64,000 nt of DNA, taken from the NCBI GenBank assembly GCA_964016885.1, contig OZ024746.1:12152001-12216000 (forward strand), written 5' to 3'. The notes beneath the pieces are model-generated. The model was given only the letters and a program-made list of their open reading frames with translations, was not told where the DNA came from and searched no databases. The translations under genes and the position numbers were made by a program. The DNA is from Eledone cirrhosa (lineage: Eukaryota). Below, piece after piece: positions 52,158 through 64,000 of this stretch. Numbering within the stretch: the first letter of the stretch is position 1; each line of letters opens with the position of its first letter.

Positions 52158-52268
52158 AGTGGTTCAGTAGATTCGTGGGTTACTGAGGTAGGTACCAAAA
52201 TCACCACTCTATACTAAAGCAGAGTGTATATATTAAAAACAAAGGGAGGTTTCACATTAAATTCTTTA

Positions 52269-52374
52269 TTGATTATACACAGTTACAACCGTTTCACAGA
52301 TGGGTGGCTCAGGATCTACATAAAGGCCATAGACCCGACTCCAGCCTGTTCTTCTCATCAGACTTGTTAATCAA
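52269..52374 (-). ncRNA. Type I hammerhead with long stem II (element 52157-52382)
   Basis: Minus strand ttgattaacaagt-CTGATGA-(about 60-nt folded stem II)-GAAA-c-ggtt-g-TA-actgtgtataatcaa. Confidence 0.7.
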
Positions 52375-52380
52375 GCAAAA

Positions 52381-52423
<43 letters not shown>

Positions 52424-52502
52424 CTAAATGGTTGACGGGACACGCACATGCTCTGTGTGTTCTCACTCTCTATCTTTCTATTTCATCTTTTATTCCTCAT
52501 TC

Positions 52503-52541
52503 TATTTTCTGATGAAGGACTAGTGTCTGAAACATAAATAC
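52503..52541 (+). ncRNA. Degenerate minimal hammerhead (family of 27377 and 10430)
   Basis: CTGATGA-a-ggac-tagt-gtct-GAAA-cata; CpG-decay-type changes. Confidence 0.6.
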
Positions 52542-53397
52542 TCCTTTCCTACTATATCAAGCATTAAACTAATATATTTCTTCATTGTACTGTGTTGTTT
52601 GCTTTGTTGTTTCCATTTACTTTTTGCATATGTATGTGTATGTGTGTGTGTGTGTGTGTGTGTGTAGCAAATAATATGTATACATACACAACTATATATA
52701 CATATAGTGCATAGTATATATGTACAAATATACATACACATGTGTATGTATATAGTGAATGTGTGTGTGTATTTGTGCATGCACATGTGTTGTATACAGT
52801 CAGAATAAGCTCTTGAACTTTAAGGTGAGAGAGGGCAAAGGGGCTGTTTGAAGGCTACACTGGTACTTCATCTTCTTATTAGAGACAGGAAGAAATGGCA
52901 GGAGACCAGTGGTTCTTACTCATCCTTTATCAGCTCTATCCCCCTCCACCCTTGGTGTTACCCCCCCCCCCAGCCCATGGACAACTTCTGCCCCCCCCCC
53001 CCCATCAATTTCCACTCTTACAGCTCTGCTACCACTCCACCTCCACCACCACCACCACCACTACTACTACTACTAACACTACACTTGCTGCTACTATTGT
53101 TACCACCAGTATAATCACACTGTTGTTACCACTATTGCTGCTGTTACTAACACCACCACTATCATCACACCACCACCACCACTATCATCACACTGCTGTC
53201 GCTGCTATCTCGTAACACCGCCACACCACCACCACACCACCACCACTATCCTCACACCACCACCACCACCACCACCACCACTATCATCACACCACCACCA
53301 CCACTACTATTTCACTTGATACTTTATTTTATCAACCCTGGAGGGATGAAAGTCAAGATTTGAAACCTGAAGCTAAGGGTTTTAACAAATAAATGCA

Positions 53398-53549
53398 ATA
53401 TATTTCATCTAACAAACTAATGATTCTGTTAATCCATATATTTCATCTAACAAACTAATGATTCTGTTAATCCATATATTTCATCTAACAAACTAATGAT
53501 TCTGTTAATCCATATATTTCATCTAACAAACTAATGATTCTGTTAATCC
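53398..53549. repeat. 38-bp tandem repeat x4 from the head of a minus-strand SINE
   Basis: unit atatatttcatctaacaaactaatgattctgttaatcc. Confidence 0.9.
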
Positions 53550-53643
53550 ATCAGGCACAAGGCCAGCAATTTTGAGAAGAGGAGACAGTTAATTAAATTG
53601 ACCACAGTACTTGACTGGTATTTTATTATATTTATCTCAAAAC

Positions 53644-53842
53644 GGGCAGTGAATTGGCAGAATCGGTAGAGTGTTAGACACCTTGCTTCGTGGCAGCTCT
53701 TTATATTCTGAGTTCAAATCCTGCTTTGCCTTTCATCCTTAGGGGGTCGATAAAATAAAGTACCAGTCATGCACTGGGGTCAATTTAATTGACTTTCCCC
53801 TCCTCCCAAATTGCTGGCTTTGTACCTATATCTGAAACCATT
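53644..53842 (+). mobile_element. tRNA-derived SINE, second family
   Basis: tggcagaatcggtaga A box, gagttcaaatcc B box, gcctttcatcctt..ggggtcgataaaataaagtaccag central domain; many partial copies, e.g. 20620-20780, 23050-23210, 50210-50390, 56010-56185, 57250-57420, 63480-63700. Confidence 0.8.
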
Positions 53843-54099
53843 ATATTAACCCCAAAGTATGAAAGGAAAAGTTGATCTCTGCTGGATTTGAACTCAGAAT
53901 GCAAAGAGCCAGAACAAATACCACAAAGCATTTTTTTTGTTGATACTCCAACAATTCTGCTAATCCACCAGAAATTTATGGGGAGGTGTTAGTTGATTAA
54001 ATTAACTCCAGTACTTGACTGGTACATTATTTTATTGACCACAGCAGGATGAAAGGTAAAGTTGACCTCAGAATGTAAAGAACTGGAACAAAGACTATA

Positions 54100-55848
54100 A
54101 AGGGTTTTGTCAGATGATCTAATGATTCTGCTCAAATTAAGGCTACAAGGGCTTTTGTCAGATGATCTAATGATTCTACTCAAATTAAGGCTACACGGGC
54201 TTTTGTCAGATGATCTAATGATTCTGCTCAAATTAAGGCTACAAGGGCTTTTGTCAGATGATCTAATGATTCTGCTCAAATTAAGGCTACAAGGGCTTTT
54301 GTCAGATGATCTAATGATTCTGCTCAAATTAAGGCTACAATGGCTTTTGTCAGATGATCTAATGATTCTGCTCAAATTAAGGCTACAAGGGCTTTTGTCA
54401 GATGATCTAATGATTCTGCTCAAATTAAGGCTACAAGGGCTTTTGTCAGATGATCTAATGATACTGCTCAAATTAAGGCTACAAGGGCTTTTGTCAGATG
54501 ATCTAATGATACTGCTCAAATTAAGGCTACAAGGGCTTTTGTCAGATGATCTAATGATACTGCTCAAATTAAGGCTACAAGGGCTTTTGTCAGATGATCT
54601 AATGATACTGCTCAAATTAAGGCTACAAGGGCTTTTGTCAGATGATCTAATGATTCTGCTCAAATTAAGGCTACAAGGGCTTTTGTCAGATCTAATGATT
54701 CTGCTCAAATTAAGGCTACAAGGCTTTTGTCAGATGATCTAATGATTCTGCTCAAATTAAGGCTACAAGGCTTTTGTCAGATGATCTAATGATTCTGCTC
54801 AAATTAAGGCTACAAGGCTTTTGTCAGATGATCTAATGATACTGCTCAAATTAAGGCTACAAGGACTTTTGTCAGATGATCTAATGATACTGCTCAAATT
54901 AAGGCTACAAGGGCTTTTGTCAGATGATCTAATGATACTGCTCAAATTAAGGCTACAAGGGCTTTTGTCAGATGATCTAATGATTCTGCTCAAATTAAGG
55001 CTACAAGGGCTTTTGTCAGATCTAATGATTCTGCTCAAATTAAGGCTACAAGTCTTTTGTCAGATGATCTAATGATTCTGCTCAAATTAAGGCTACAAGG
55101 CTTTTGTCAGATGATCTAATGATTCTGCTCAAATTAAGGCTACAAGGCTTTTGTCAGATGATCTAATGATTCTGCTCAAATTAAGGCTACAAGGGCTTTT
55201 GTCAGATGATCTAATGATACTGCTCAAATTAAGGCTACAAGGGCTTTTGTCAGATGATCTAATGATACTGCTCAAATTAAGGCTACAAGGGCTTTTGTCA
55301 GATGATCTAATGATACTGCTCAAATTAAGGCTACAAGGGCTTTTGTCAGATGATCTAATGATACTGCTCAAATTAAGGCTACAAGGGCTTTTGTCAGATG
55401 ATCTAATGATACTGCTCAAATTAAGGCTACAAGGGCTTTTGTCAGATGATCTAATGATTCTGCTCAAATTAAGGCTACAAGGGCTTTTGTCAGATGATCT
55501 AATGATTCTGCTCAAATTAAGGCTACAAGGGCTTTTGTCAGATGATCTAATGATACTGCTCAAATTAAGGCTACAAGGGCTTTTGTCAGATGATCTAATG
55601 ATTCTGCTCAAATTGAGGCTACAAGGGCTTTTGTCAGATGATCTAATGATTCTGCTCAAATTAAGGCTACAAGGGCTTTTGTCAGATCTAATGATTCTGC
55701 TCAAATTAAGGCTACAAGGGCTTTTGTCAGATGATCTAATGATTCTGCTCAAATTAAGGCTACAAGGGCTTTTGTCAGATGATCTAATGATTCTGCTCAA
55801 ATTAAGGCTACAAGGGCTTTTGTCAGATCTAATGATACTGCTCAAATT
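54100..55848. repeat. 48-bp minisatellite (about 36 copies) derived from a SINE 5' head
   Basis: unit gggcttttgtcagatgatctaatgattctgctcaaattaaggctacaa; 45- and 47-bp variants recur in blocks. Confidence 0.96.
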
Positions 55849-56185
55849 ATTTCTTTTGTTAGATAATAATTGTTTCTATTTTAGGCACAAGGCCAGCAAT
55901 TACCCAGTACATTACTGGTACTTCTTTTGTTAGATAATAATGGCTTTAAAAACATCAGTAGTGTTAGTGGAAATAAATACAGTGATGGTTGTTTAAATAA
56001 TTGTTTCTACTTTTGGCGCAAGGCCAGCAATTACCCAGTACATTACTGGTACTTTATTTTATCGACCCCGTAAGGATGAAAGGCAAAGTTAACCTCAACG
56101 TGATTTGAACTCAGAATGGCAAGGGCCGTAACTCTATACGTCAAAGCATGGCGTCCGACCCTCTACCGATACTGCCAATCCACCG

Positions 56186-57195
56186 TTGGTGGTCTAGTAG
56201 TGGTGGTGCTTGTGGTGGTGGTGGTGGTGGTGGTCTAGTAGTGGTGGTGGTGGTGGTGGGCTAGTAGTGGTGGTGCTTATGGTGGTGGTGGTGGGCTAGT
56301 AGTGGTGGTGCTTATGGTGGTGGTGGTGGGCTAGTAGTGGTGGTAGTGGTGGTGGTGGGCTAGCAGTGGTGGTCTAGTAGTGGTGGTGGTGGTGGGCTAG
56401 TAGTGGTGGTGCTTATGGTGGTGGTGGTGGGCTAGTAGTGGTGGTAGTGGTGGTGGTGGGCTAGCAGTGGTGGTCTAGTAGTGGTGGTGGTGGTGGGCTA
56501 GTAGTGGTGGTGCTTATGGTGGTGGTGGTGGGCTAGTAGTGGTGGTGGTGGTGGTGGTGGGCTAGTATTGGTGGTCTAATAGTGGTGGTGGTGGTGGGCT
56601 AGTAGTGGTGGTGCTTATGGTGGTGGTAGTGGGCTAGTGGTGGTAGTGGTGGTGGGCTAGTAGTGGTGGTGCTTATGGTGGTGGTAGTGGGCTAGTGGTG
56701 GTGGGCTAGTAGTGGTGGTGGTGGTGGGCTAGTAGTGGTGGTGGTGGTGGTGGGCTAGTAGTGGTGGTGGTGGTGGGCTAGTAGTGGTGGTGGTGGTGGT
56801 GGTGGGCTAGTATTGGTGGTCTAGTAGTGGTGGTGGTGGTGGGATAGTAGTGGTGGTGCTTATGGTGGTGGTGGTGGTAGTGGTGGTGGGCTAGTAGTGG
56901 TGGTGGTGGTGGTGGGCTAGCAGTGGTGGTGGTGGGCTAGTAGTGGTGGTGGTGGTGGTGGGTTAGTAGTAGTGGTGGTGGTGGTGGGCTAGTAGTAGTG
57001 GTGGTGGTGGTGGGCTAGTAGTAGTGGTGGTGGTGGGGTAGTGGTGGTGGTGGTGGTGGGCTAGTGGTGCTTGTGGTGGTGGGTTAGTAGTGCTGGTGCT
57101 TGTGGTGGTGGTGCGCTAGTAGTGCTTGTGGTGGTGGTGCGCTAGTAGTGCTTGTGGTGGTGGTGGTGGTGGTGGTGGTGGTGGCTTGTGGTGGT
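56186..57195. repeat. Interrupted (GGT)n array, about 1.0 kb
   Basis: GGT runs with gggctagtagt/gcttat interruptions. Confidence 0.97.
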
Positions 57196-59673
57196 CAAGT
57201 TAGTGTGGATGGAATCTACTAATAGTTCTGGTGTTATGAGAATAATTGTTTCTACTTTAGGCACAAGGCCAGCAATTACCCAGTGCATTACTGGTACTTT
57301 ATTTTATCGACCCCGTAAGGATGAAAGGCAAAGTCAACCTCGGCGGGATTTGAACTCAGATCGTAAAGGGACGTAACTATGCTGGAAAGCATGGCATCCG
57401 ACCCTCTACCGATACTGCCATGCTAGCGTGGAAAATGGACGTTAAACGAAGATGATGATGATGATGATGATGATGGTAGTGGTGGTAGTAAAAGTGATAT
57501 TAGTGTTGTCAGTGTTATAATGATTGTTGTTATTTAGTCCTAGATAAACCTATAATCAAAGGCATTCCACCCATGACTATCCCATCTTTTTAACTTTATC
57601 TGACATGTCCTGTTTTTAAGATAGAGGGGTGTGATTTGAGGGCGATTTGGCTACTATCTCTAGCAGGTTGAATGATCCTGTAGTTTCCCCATAGTGGTTG
57701 CTGAAGGTGAGATAAGGAACTGAACACACTTTTGCATGTGGTGTGTGTGTGTGTGTGTGCATGCACACGTGCGTATGTGCATGTTTATGTATGTACATAT
57801 GTGTGTGGCCTCCAAAATGAACATCTCTTCCCTGCTGAGGGTACTGCTGCTGTCAGTTCTCCACTCCAGTTCCTTCTTTCACATCACCTGCTCCTCCTCC
57901 TCTTCTTCCTCTTCCTTCTCCTCAAGGACCATTGTTTAACAAAAATACACTTTATTCAGTCAGACTCTAAGTACCAGCCACCTAAGCTGCAGCTTTGCAG
58001 GGTCCCTCTCTCTACACTGCACACAACTGCTTCTACTACTACTACTACTACTACTACTGTAATTGAGGAACTAAACAAACCCTTCAGATTGGGCAAGAGA
58101 GAGAGAGAGAGAGAGAGAGATAATGTTACAATAACTTATACTAAAGGAAATTCTAACCATTGAAACGTCATTTCATCATCATCATCATCAGCAGCATCAT
58201 CAGCACCATCGTCACTACCACCATTATCAGCATTATAATCTTCAGTACTTCGGTTGAGAAGTTGTCAGTAAAATAACAACAAATAATAATAATAATAATA
58301 ATATATATATATATATCAATAATATCAATATCAGGGTTGGGAGAGCAATTACAGTTAAAAACAATTAGTCATAATTGTAACAGTAGTAGTAATAGTAGTG
58401 ATTTCTCTATTAGGCATGAAACTTTAGAACCAAATAGTTGTCTATCATCAATGACCTGTCAATAATAATAAAGATTTCACTTATTGGCCACAAGGGCCAA
58501 CATGTAATAATTAACAACTCAATTGAACAGAAAAAAAATAATAAACAAAAGGAGGAGGAAAAAGCTTGATTTCATTTGTATATTTTTTAATCATTAAATG
58601 GTTTTTTCCTATTATTTATTGTAATTTTTGAGAGAAACACTACCAAAGGATATGACGTTTCTGTTAATTTACTTTACAATTCTCTTTAAAACCTGTTTGG
58701 TTTCCATGTAACTGAACTATTTCTGGATATTTACTACTTTTGGATATTTTCTCTAATATATATGGAAAAAAATACTTCTTCAAATAACTACCATGTGATA
58801 CCAGGATGTCTGTTTACTTTCATTTTATTTCACTGTGGATATTGTTATGGAGTAATTTCTATGTGTAACAAAATAGAGAATTAAAAAAAAAAAAAAAAAA
58901 AAGGAAAATACAGACTTGCTTATATTAGATTAAAAGAATCTGAGAAGGATTACAATTGTTTTAACAAAGTAAAAACAGTGTTTTAAAAAATCCAACATAT
59001 TAACTTCTCTTTTTAAAATGAAATTATATTATTTAATGCAACCTGCATGAACATCACAATTTTATTTTGCTCTCCTCAAGTGTTTTACAAAAAATTATTC
59101 TAATTTTGTGGTCAATTACTACTTAAACAATGCTTTTAATATAAACATCAATTTGTTTAAGGGAAAAATATATTAGAAACTTCTTCAACGTGTACTTTAA
59201 GTGAGGCACTTGACATATACAACTCTATCTGTTCTTTTTTTAATTACAAGGACAGGAAAAAATAATATAGAAATATTCTTGTTTATTTAAGCTAGACTTT
59301 TATCATGTCCAACACTTCATGATCATTTATTAGGACACAAACATATGAGATAACAAACATTTTACCAAACTTTTTCCATTGTGAACAAATTCAGAAAAAC
59401 TTTTAAACCTTTCAAATATACCAGATTTTTTTAAACTTTAAAAATAGGAGGCAAAGAGAAAACTTTACAGAGAAAATTTTTAAACAAGACTTTTAATATT
59501 TTCATCATATTCTTCTGACATCAAATTCTTGTCTTTTTTCACTGCTCAATAAGAGGAACTAATTTTTTTTTTTATATATTTCAAAGTTGTTTCCATATAA
59601 ACAACATAAACATATAAATATATTTGTTTGTTTGAAACCATACTTATATCAAAATGGTTAAATTTTTCACCAG

Positions 59674-59772
59674 ACTTATGGAAAAGGTCCAAGCGGAGCC
59701 TAAACTCAAGCAATCTGGATCCCAGTTTATTCTGTCTATATCAAATTTAATGGAAAGGTTGCTGGATTATAG
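59674..59772 (+). CDS. DOCK3/4-like exon W (last exon in window, after a 24-kb intron)
   Basis: ccag|...|gtaagt; LMEKVQAEPKLKQSGSQFILSISNLMERLLDY(R), with conserved LMERLLDYR; phase 2 joins exon V. Confidence 0.96.
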
Positions 59773-61494
59773 GTAAGTATTTATTTATGTGTTTCTATTT
59801 ATTGACATCCTCTTTAAAATTGTTGTTTCTCTTGATATCACAACCATCAATAATAATAATAATAATATGCCATCTGTATTTGTATATATATTTATATATA
59901 TAAGTCTGTAATTATTTAAATTTTACACATAAATATGCACTCACATACACACAATGTATTTCCTATCTTAGTCATGTTAAAATAAGAAGTTCACTTTCCA
60001 ATCACAAGGTCCTTGGTTTTATCCCTATATTTGTCCCTGTAAATAATTATTTCTCCAAAGTTACTCATACGTTTAATCTTGTTGGTCATTTGGACATATA
60101 TATTGAACATTTATGTAATTATTTAAGAATTAAATCATTAAAATATTATCATCTTTAATTGCTTCCACATGTAATCAACATAACTTATAGGGTTTTTCTT
60201 ATACAAACCAGTAATTTATCAAAACACAAATTTCCTAGTTTGTATCATAGTTCAAATATTTGGTAATCCTGGTATATATGGCAGACTGATTCTGGGTTCC
60301 AAAAATTAAATACACTCAATGCTATTGCTGTCATTATTGATATCACAGGTCCACTAATAAGGATTTATAATTTAGCAGAAATACATCATAGATTTAGAAG
60401 AAAGAACTACATACAATTTAATCAACTCCAGTATATCACAGGTGCCTATTTTATTAACCCTGCAGTAAGAAAGTGAAATCAACCCAGGTGGGTTTAAACT
60501 TAGAGCTAGGAGATGTAAAACTAAATACTGTAGTTTCTGTAGGCTGGCTTTAATATCCAATAATAATAATTATCATCAGTATTGTTTTTAAGCCTATGTT
60601 TTCTGTGCTTGCATGGGTTGGGAGGAGACTTTTTGGCAGGTTTTCTACAGCCCATGCCCTTCCTAGGGCCAAACCTTACCTTGATCTTAAATACCACAAA
60701 ATGTTCATGAAACTACTACATTGCACAATATGTTATTTAGAGGGGACAAACAATATCACTGTTGACTTTTTATAAGCAGTGTTGAAGTGGCACTTGTAGT
60801 GACTGACACACACACATACGTGCAAACACACATACATACAAATACACACACATACATACATACAAATACACTCACACACACACAAGTTCTGTCTATCAAA
60901 TCCAGTCTCAAGACATGTTTTTACATGTGGTTACCAAAAGACAGTTTGCATGTGGCTGTACATTATTCTATGTACTATACATGCACCTTTGATGAGTTGT
61001 AGTGCACCTGAGCTCTGTACACAATACTTTTCATACATACTAGATAACAGTTTGCCTGTGGCTATACTAGAAGACTTACCATGTAGCTATACTAGAAGAC
61101 ACCATGTAGCTATACTAGAAGACACTTACCCAAGGTTCTACAAAAATAAGAACACAAAATGCTGCATGCTAACTTAAGCTGCACCAACTTAAGCTGCACC
61201 AACTGATGCAGTAGAAACTCACATGAAACTATTGAAGGAATAATAATTCTTTCTAATATTAGTAGCATAAGGCCAACAATGTGGGGGAAGGGGAAAATTT
61301 CATTATATTGATCCCAGTACTTAGCTGGTATTTAATTTTACCGACTCAGTAAAAATGACTTCAGTGGGATTTGAACTCATAACATAGAAAGTTGTACCTA
61401 AATACTGCAAAGGATTTTATCTGGTGCTCTACTGATTCTACCAATCCACTTCTCTTATTGAAGAAATAATAATAATAATGATAATAATAATAAT

Positions 61495-61850
61495 GTAACA
61501 ATTCTTTGGGACTTTCCAGTACATGACCATCAAAGCTAACAGACTGGATATTAAAAGACCAAAATAATAAAGTATGTTTATTGATTGATATGAGCATCCT
61601 ATGTGATCACAATATTGTGGTAAAAGAATTTGGCGATCATAAAATATAAAGATTTGCTGATTGAAATTGAAAGAAATGTGGCATCTGAAGGTAGTTACAA
61701 TAGCAATGATTGTAGGAGCACTGGGAATGATTAAAGAAAGGAACAGAGCATTATTTTAGAATGATTCTTAGCTTACCATCACTGCAAGAAGTGAAGCATT
61801 GTTTTAACTCGTACAGCACACATATTGAGAAGAGCACTATCACTGTGAGA
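61495..61850 (+). mobile_element. R4/Dong-like RLE retrotransposon C-terminal fragment next to (TAA)n
   Basis: Degenerate ILWDF...KYKDLLIEIE...W...IVGALGMI. Confidence 0.7.
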
Positions 61851-62244
61851 ATGATAATTATCTATGTAATTTTGTTTTTATATAACTTTATTAGATTATA
61901 TTCCATAATTATGTAAGTTGTAAATAATTGAGCTCTCTTATGTGATTGAATATCATTCTATTATAAATATGATTTTAAACAGAGAAATGACATACTTGTA
62001 ACTGCATAAAGTGTGTGACGTGAACAATCTGGTGGGTTTATTTTGTGGCTTATCAATGTATGAAGTGAGTTTCTTTGCTGTAAGTGTGTGACTGGTACTT
62101 TATTTCCTAAGGATGAAAGGCAAAGCTAAGATCGGCGTCATTTGAACTCAGAATGTAAAGGGACGTAACTATATGCTGAAAAGCATTGTGTCCAACGCTC
62201 TATCAATACTGCGAATAATAATAATAATAATAATTTCTTCCATG

Positions 62245-62582
62245 AAGGCACATGGCTTAGTGGTTAGAGCATCGGCCTTGCAATCGAAAGGTTGTGAGTT
62301 CAATTCTCAGACTGGGTGATGTGTTGTTTCCTTGAGCAAGACACTTTATTTCACATTGCTCCAGTTTACTCAGCTGTAGAAATGAGATGAAAGGACTGAG
62401 GTCCCTATCATTCCACTGCAAAGTGGTCGTGGAGGTGCCACGGCAAAAAAGCACCCAGCACTCACTGTAAATGAGGTTGGTGTTAGGAAGGGCATCCGGC
62501 TGTAGAAATCAAGCCAGAATCAGTTCCCGTCCCACCCTTGCAAGCAGGGAAAAGCGGACGTAAAATGATGATGATGATGATG
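62245..62582 (+). mobile_element. Full-length tRNA-derived SINE with (TGA)n tail
   Basis: ggcacatggcttagtggttagagcatcggccttgcaatcgaaaggttgtgagttcaatt head; ttaggaagggcatcc.gctgtagaaa body; ggacgtaaaa(tga)n tail. Confidence 0.87.
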
Positions 62583-64000
62583 AACACAAGGTTAAGAAAT
62601 TGTATGAAGACATTAGTCGATGTACTGTCACTTTATCTTACCAAGCAAGGATGAAAGGAAAATCAACTTCAGCAGTATTTTAACTAGTAAACCTAGAATT
62701 TGAATTGAAAACATAGAAACATGTGACTCAGAAAAGGAAGATTTATAATAATTATGCTTCTAATTTTTAGTACAAGGTCATTTATTTTTGTGGAAGGAGT
62801 GTTGTTAATTTAACAACCCCAATATTACTAGATAATGATAGTCATAATTGTTTCTACTTTAGGCACAAGGCCAGTAATTTGAAGGGGAGGGGAAAGTCAA
62901 TTAAATCAACCCCCAGTGAATTACTGGTACTTTATTTTATTGACCCTGTAAAGATGAAAGGCAAAGTTAACCTTGGCGGGATTGATGAAAGATAAGGTCA
63001 GCCCTGATAAACTTTGAATTCAAATTTAAATACCAATAGCTCCATACAATCACATTCTCCTTACTCCAGTCTGTGTGAAACTGTAGGGCTGAACCATCCC
63101 TCTCATACTGGACCTGCTGCACTCACTTATTCTTTCAGTGAAACCCTGGAGGTGAAAATCTTTGGCTATTAATGCATTCAAGTATTTCTGTTTATGTTAG
63201 CAGTTATACAATAAAAAGGGTGTTAATTTTTTTATGGAGAAGAGATGGCACCATAATGCCAGATACTTGTTGTTCTTTGCACCTATTAAATATAAGTAAG
63301 AGTTAGGTTGATATTGTAACACTTTGGACTGACGAATACTTAAATCACATAAAAATGGGTTTGGTCGTTTTTGGTGTAGAAATATTTGTAGTCTTTCTCT
63401 TGAAAGTATTAGACAAACTGTGTTTTATTTCAGGTTTCAGAATTGAATTATGTCTCAAGTGTTATTGTATACTGGCTTTTAAAGTGAGGTGGATTGACAT
63501 TGTTAGAGCATCACATAGAATGTCACTGTGGTATTTGTTTTGACTCTTTTCATTTTGAGTTCAAATCCTGCCAAGGGCAACTATGCCTTATATCTTTCCA
63601 GGGTTGATAAAATAAAATACGAGTCAAGTACTGGGGTTGATTTAAACAACTTTGCCCTTCCTCCCAAATTTGCTGGCCCTGTATCTAACTTAGAAATCAG
63701 TAATTATAGTGGGTTCAAATTATATCTGAGAGCTGTTAAAAAATTGGTAAAACCTGCAGATAAGTAAACATGCAATCAAACATATGCATGCACTAATCCA
63801 CACATACAAGTACGCATACATGCACACATACATACATGTCCATGTATGTATTACATATGAATGAACATTTACTATAATTAAACAAAAGCAAATAGCTGAA
63901 CACGCGCGCACACACACAGACACTATTTCAAACAACAACAACAAATTTTTATGTCCATTTTTCCCTCCTAAAGCAGGGGTTAACCTTGCATGCCCCATGA

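Noticed and set aside
53989-55933. Leu-rich repeat-like ORFs on both strands
   Set aside because: 48-bp SINE-derived satellite with frame-breaking 47-bp units
36362-58710. Inverted 12-mer tacatggaaacc near both ends of the giant intron
   Set aside because: A single 12-bp match is expected by chance in 24 kb of AT-rich DNA, and the flanks do not align
59081-59107. 27-nt microexon candidate after tttgctctcctcaag
   Set aside because: Poor donor (gtggtc) and no similarity to the FGPYP motif; unsupported without RNA data
63441-63483. Candidate next DOCK exon (IELCLKCYCILAFK)
   Set aside because: No resemblance to the expected sequence after LLDYR and wrong length; donor overlaps a SINE head

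Overview
AT-rich, microsatellite-dense animal genomic DNA; the SINE, RTE and Penelope content suggests a coleoid cephalopod such as Octopus (inference). The whole window lies inside one + strand gene, a DOCK3/DOCK4-like (DOCK-B) Rac GEF. I traced 23 consecutive GT-AG exons (4752-59772, about 2,386 nt, about 795 codons) that splice in frame and cover the DHR-1/C2 domain and the following helical (ARM) region. The N-terminus and DHR-2 lie outside the window. Most listed long ORFs are artefacts of tandem repeats. The introns hold about 9 copies of a TTAA/CCC piggyBac-type MITE, a deleted DD37D (maT) transposon, hAT and Tc1 MITEs, RTE, CR1/L2 and RLE-type LINE fragments, tRNA-SINEs, TE-derived minisatellites and Penelope remnants. 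Highlights: (i) about 11 hammerhead-ribozyme motifs from several families, some on the pre-mRNA strand, one pair with stem covariation and one head-to-head palindrome; (ii) a 24-kb intron at the position of the vertebrate DOCK3/4 microexon, bracketed symmetrically by complementary (ACC)n and (GGT)n arrays; (iii) a dead duplicate of a DOCK exon; (iv) satellites born repeatedly from SINE heads and from a MITE.
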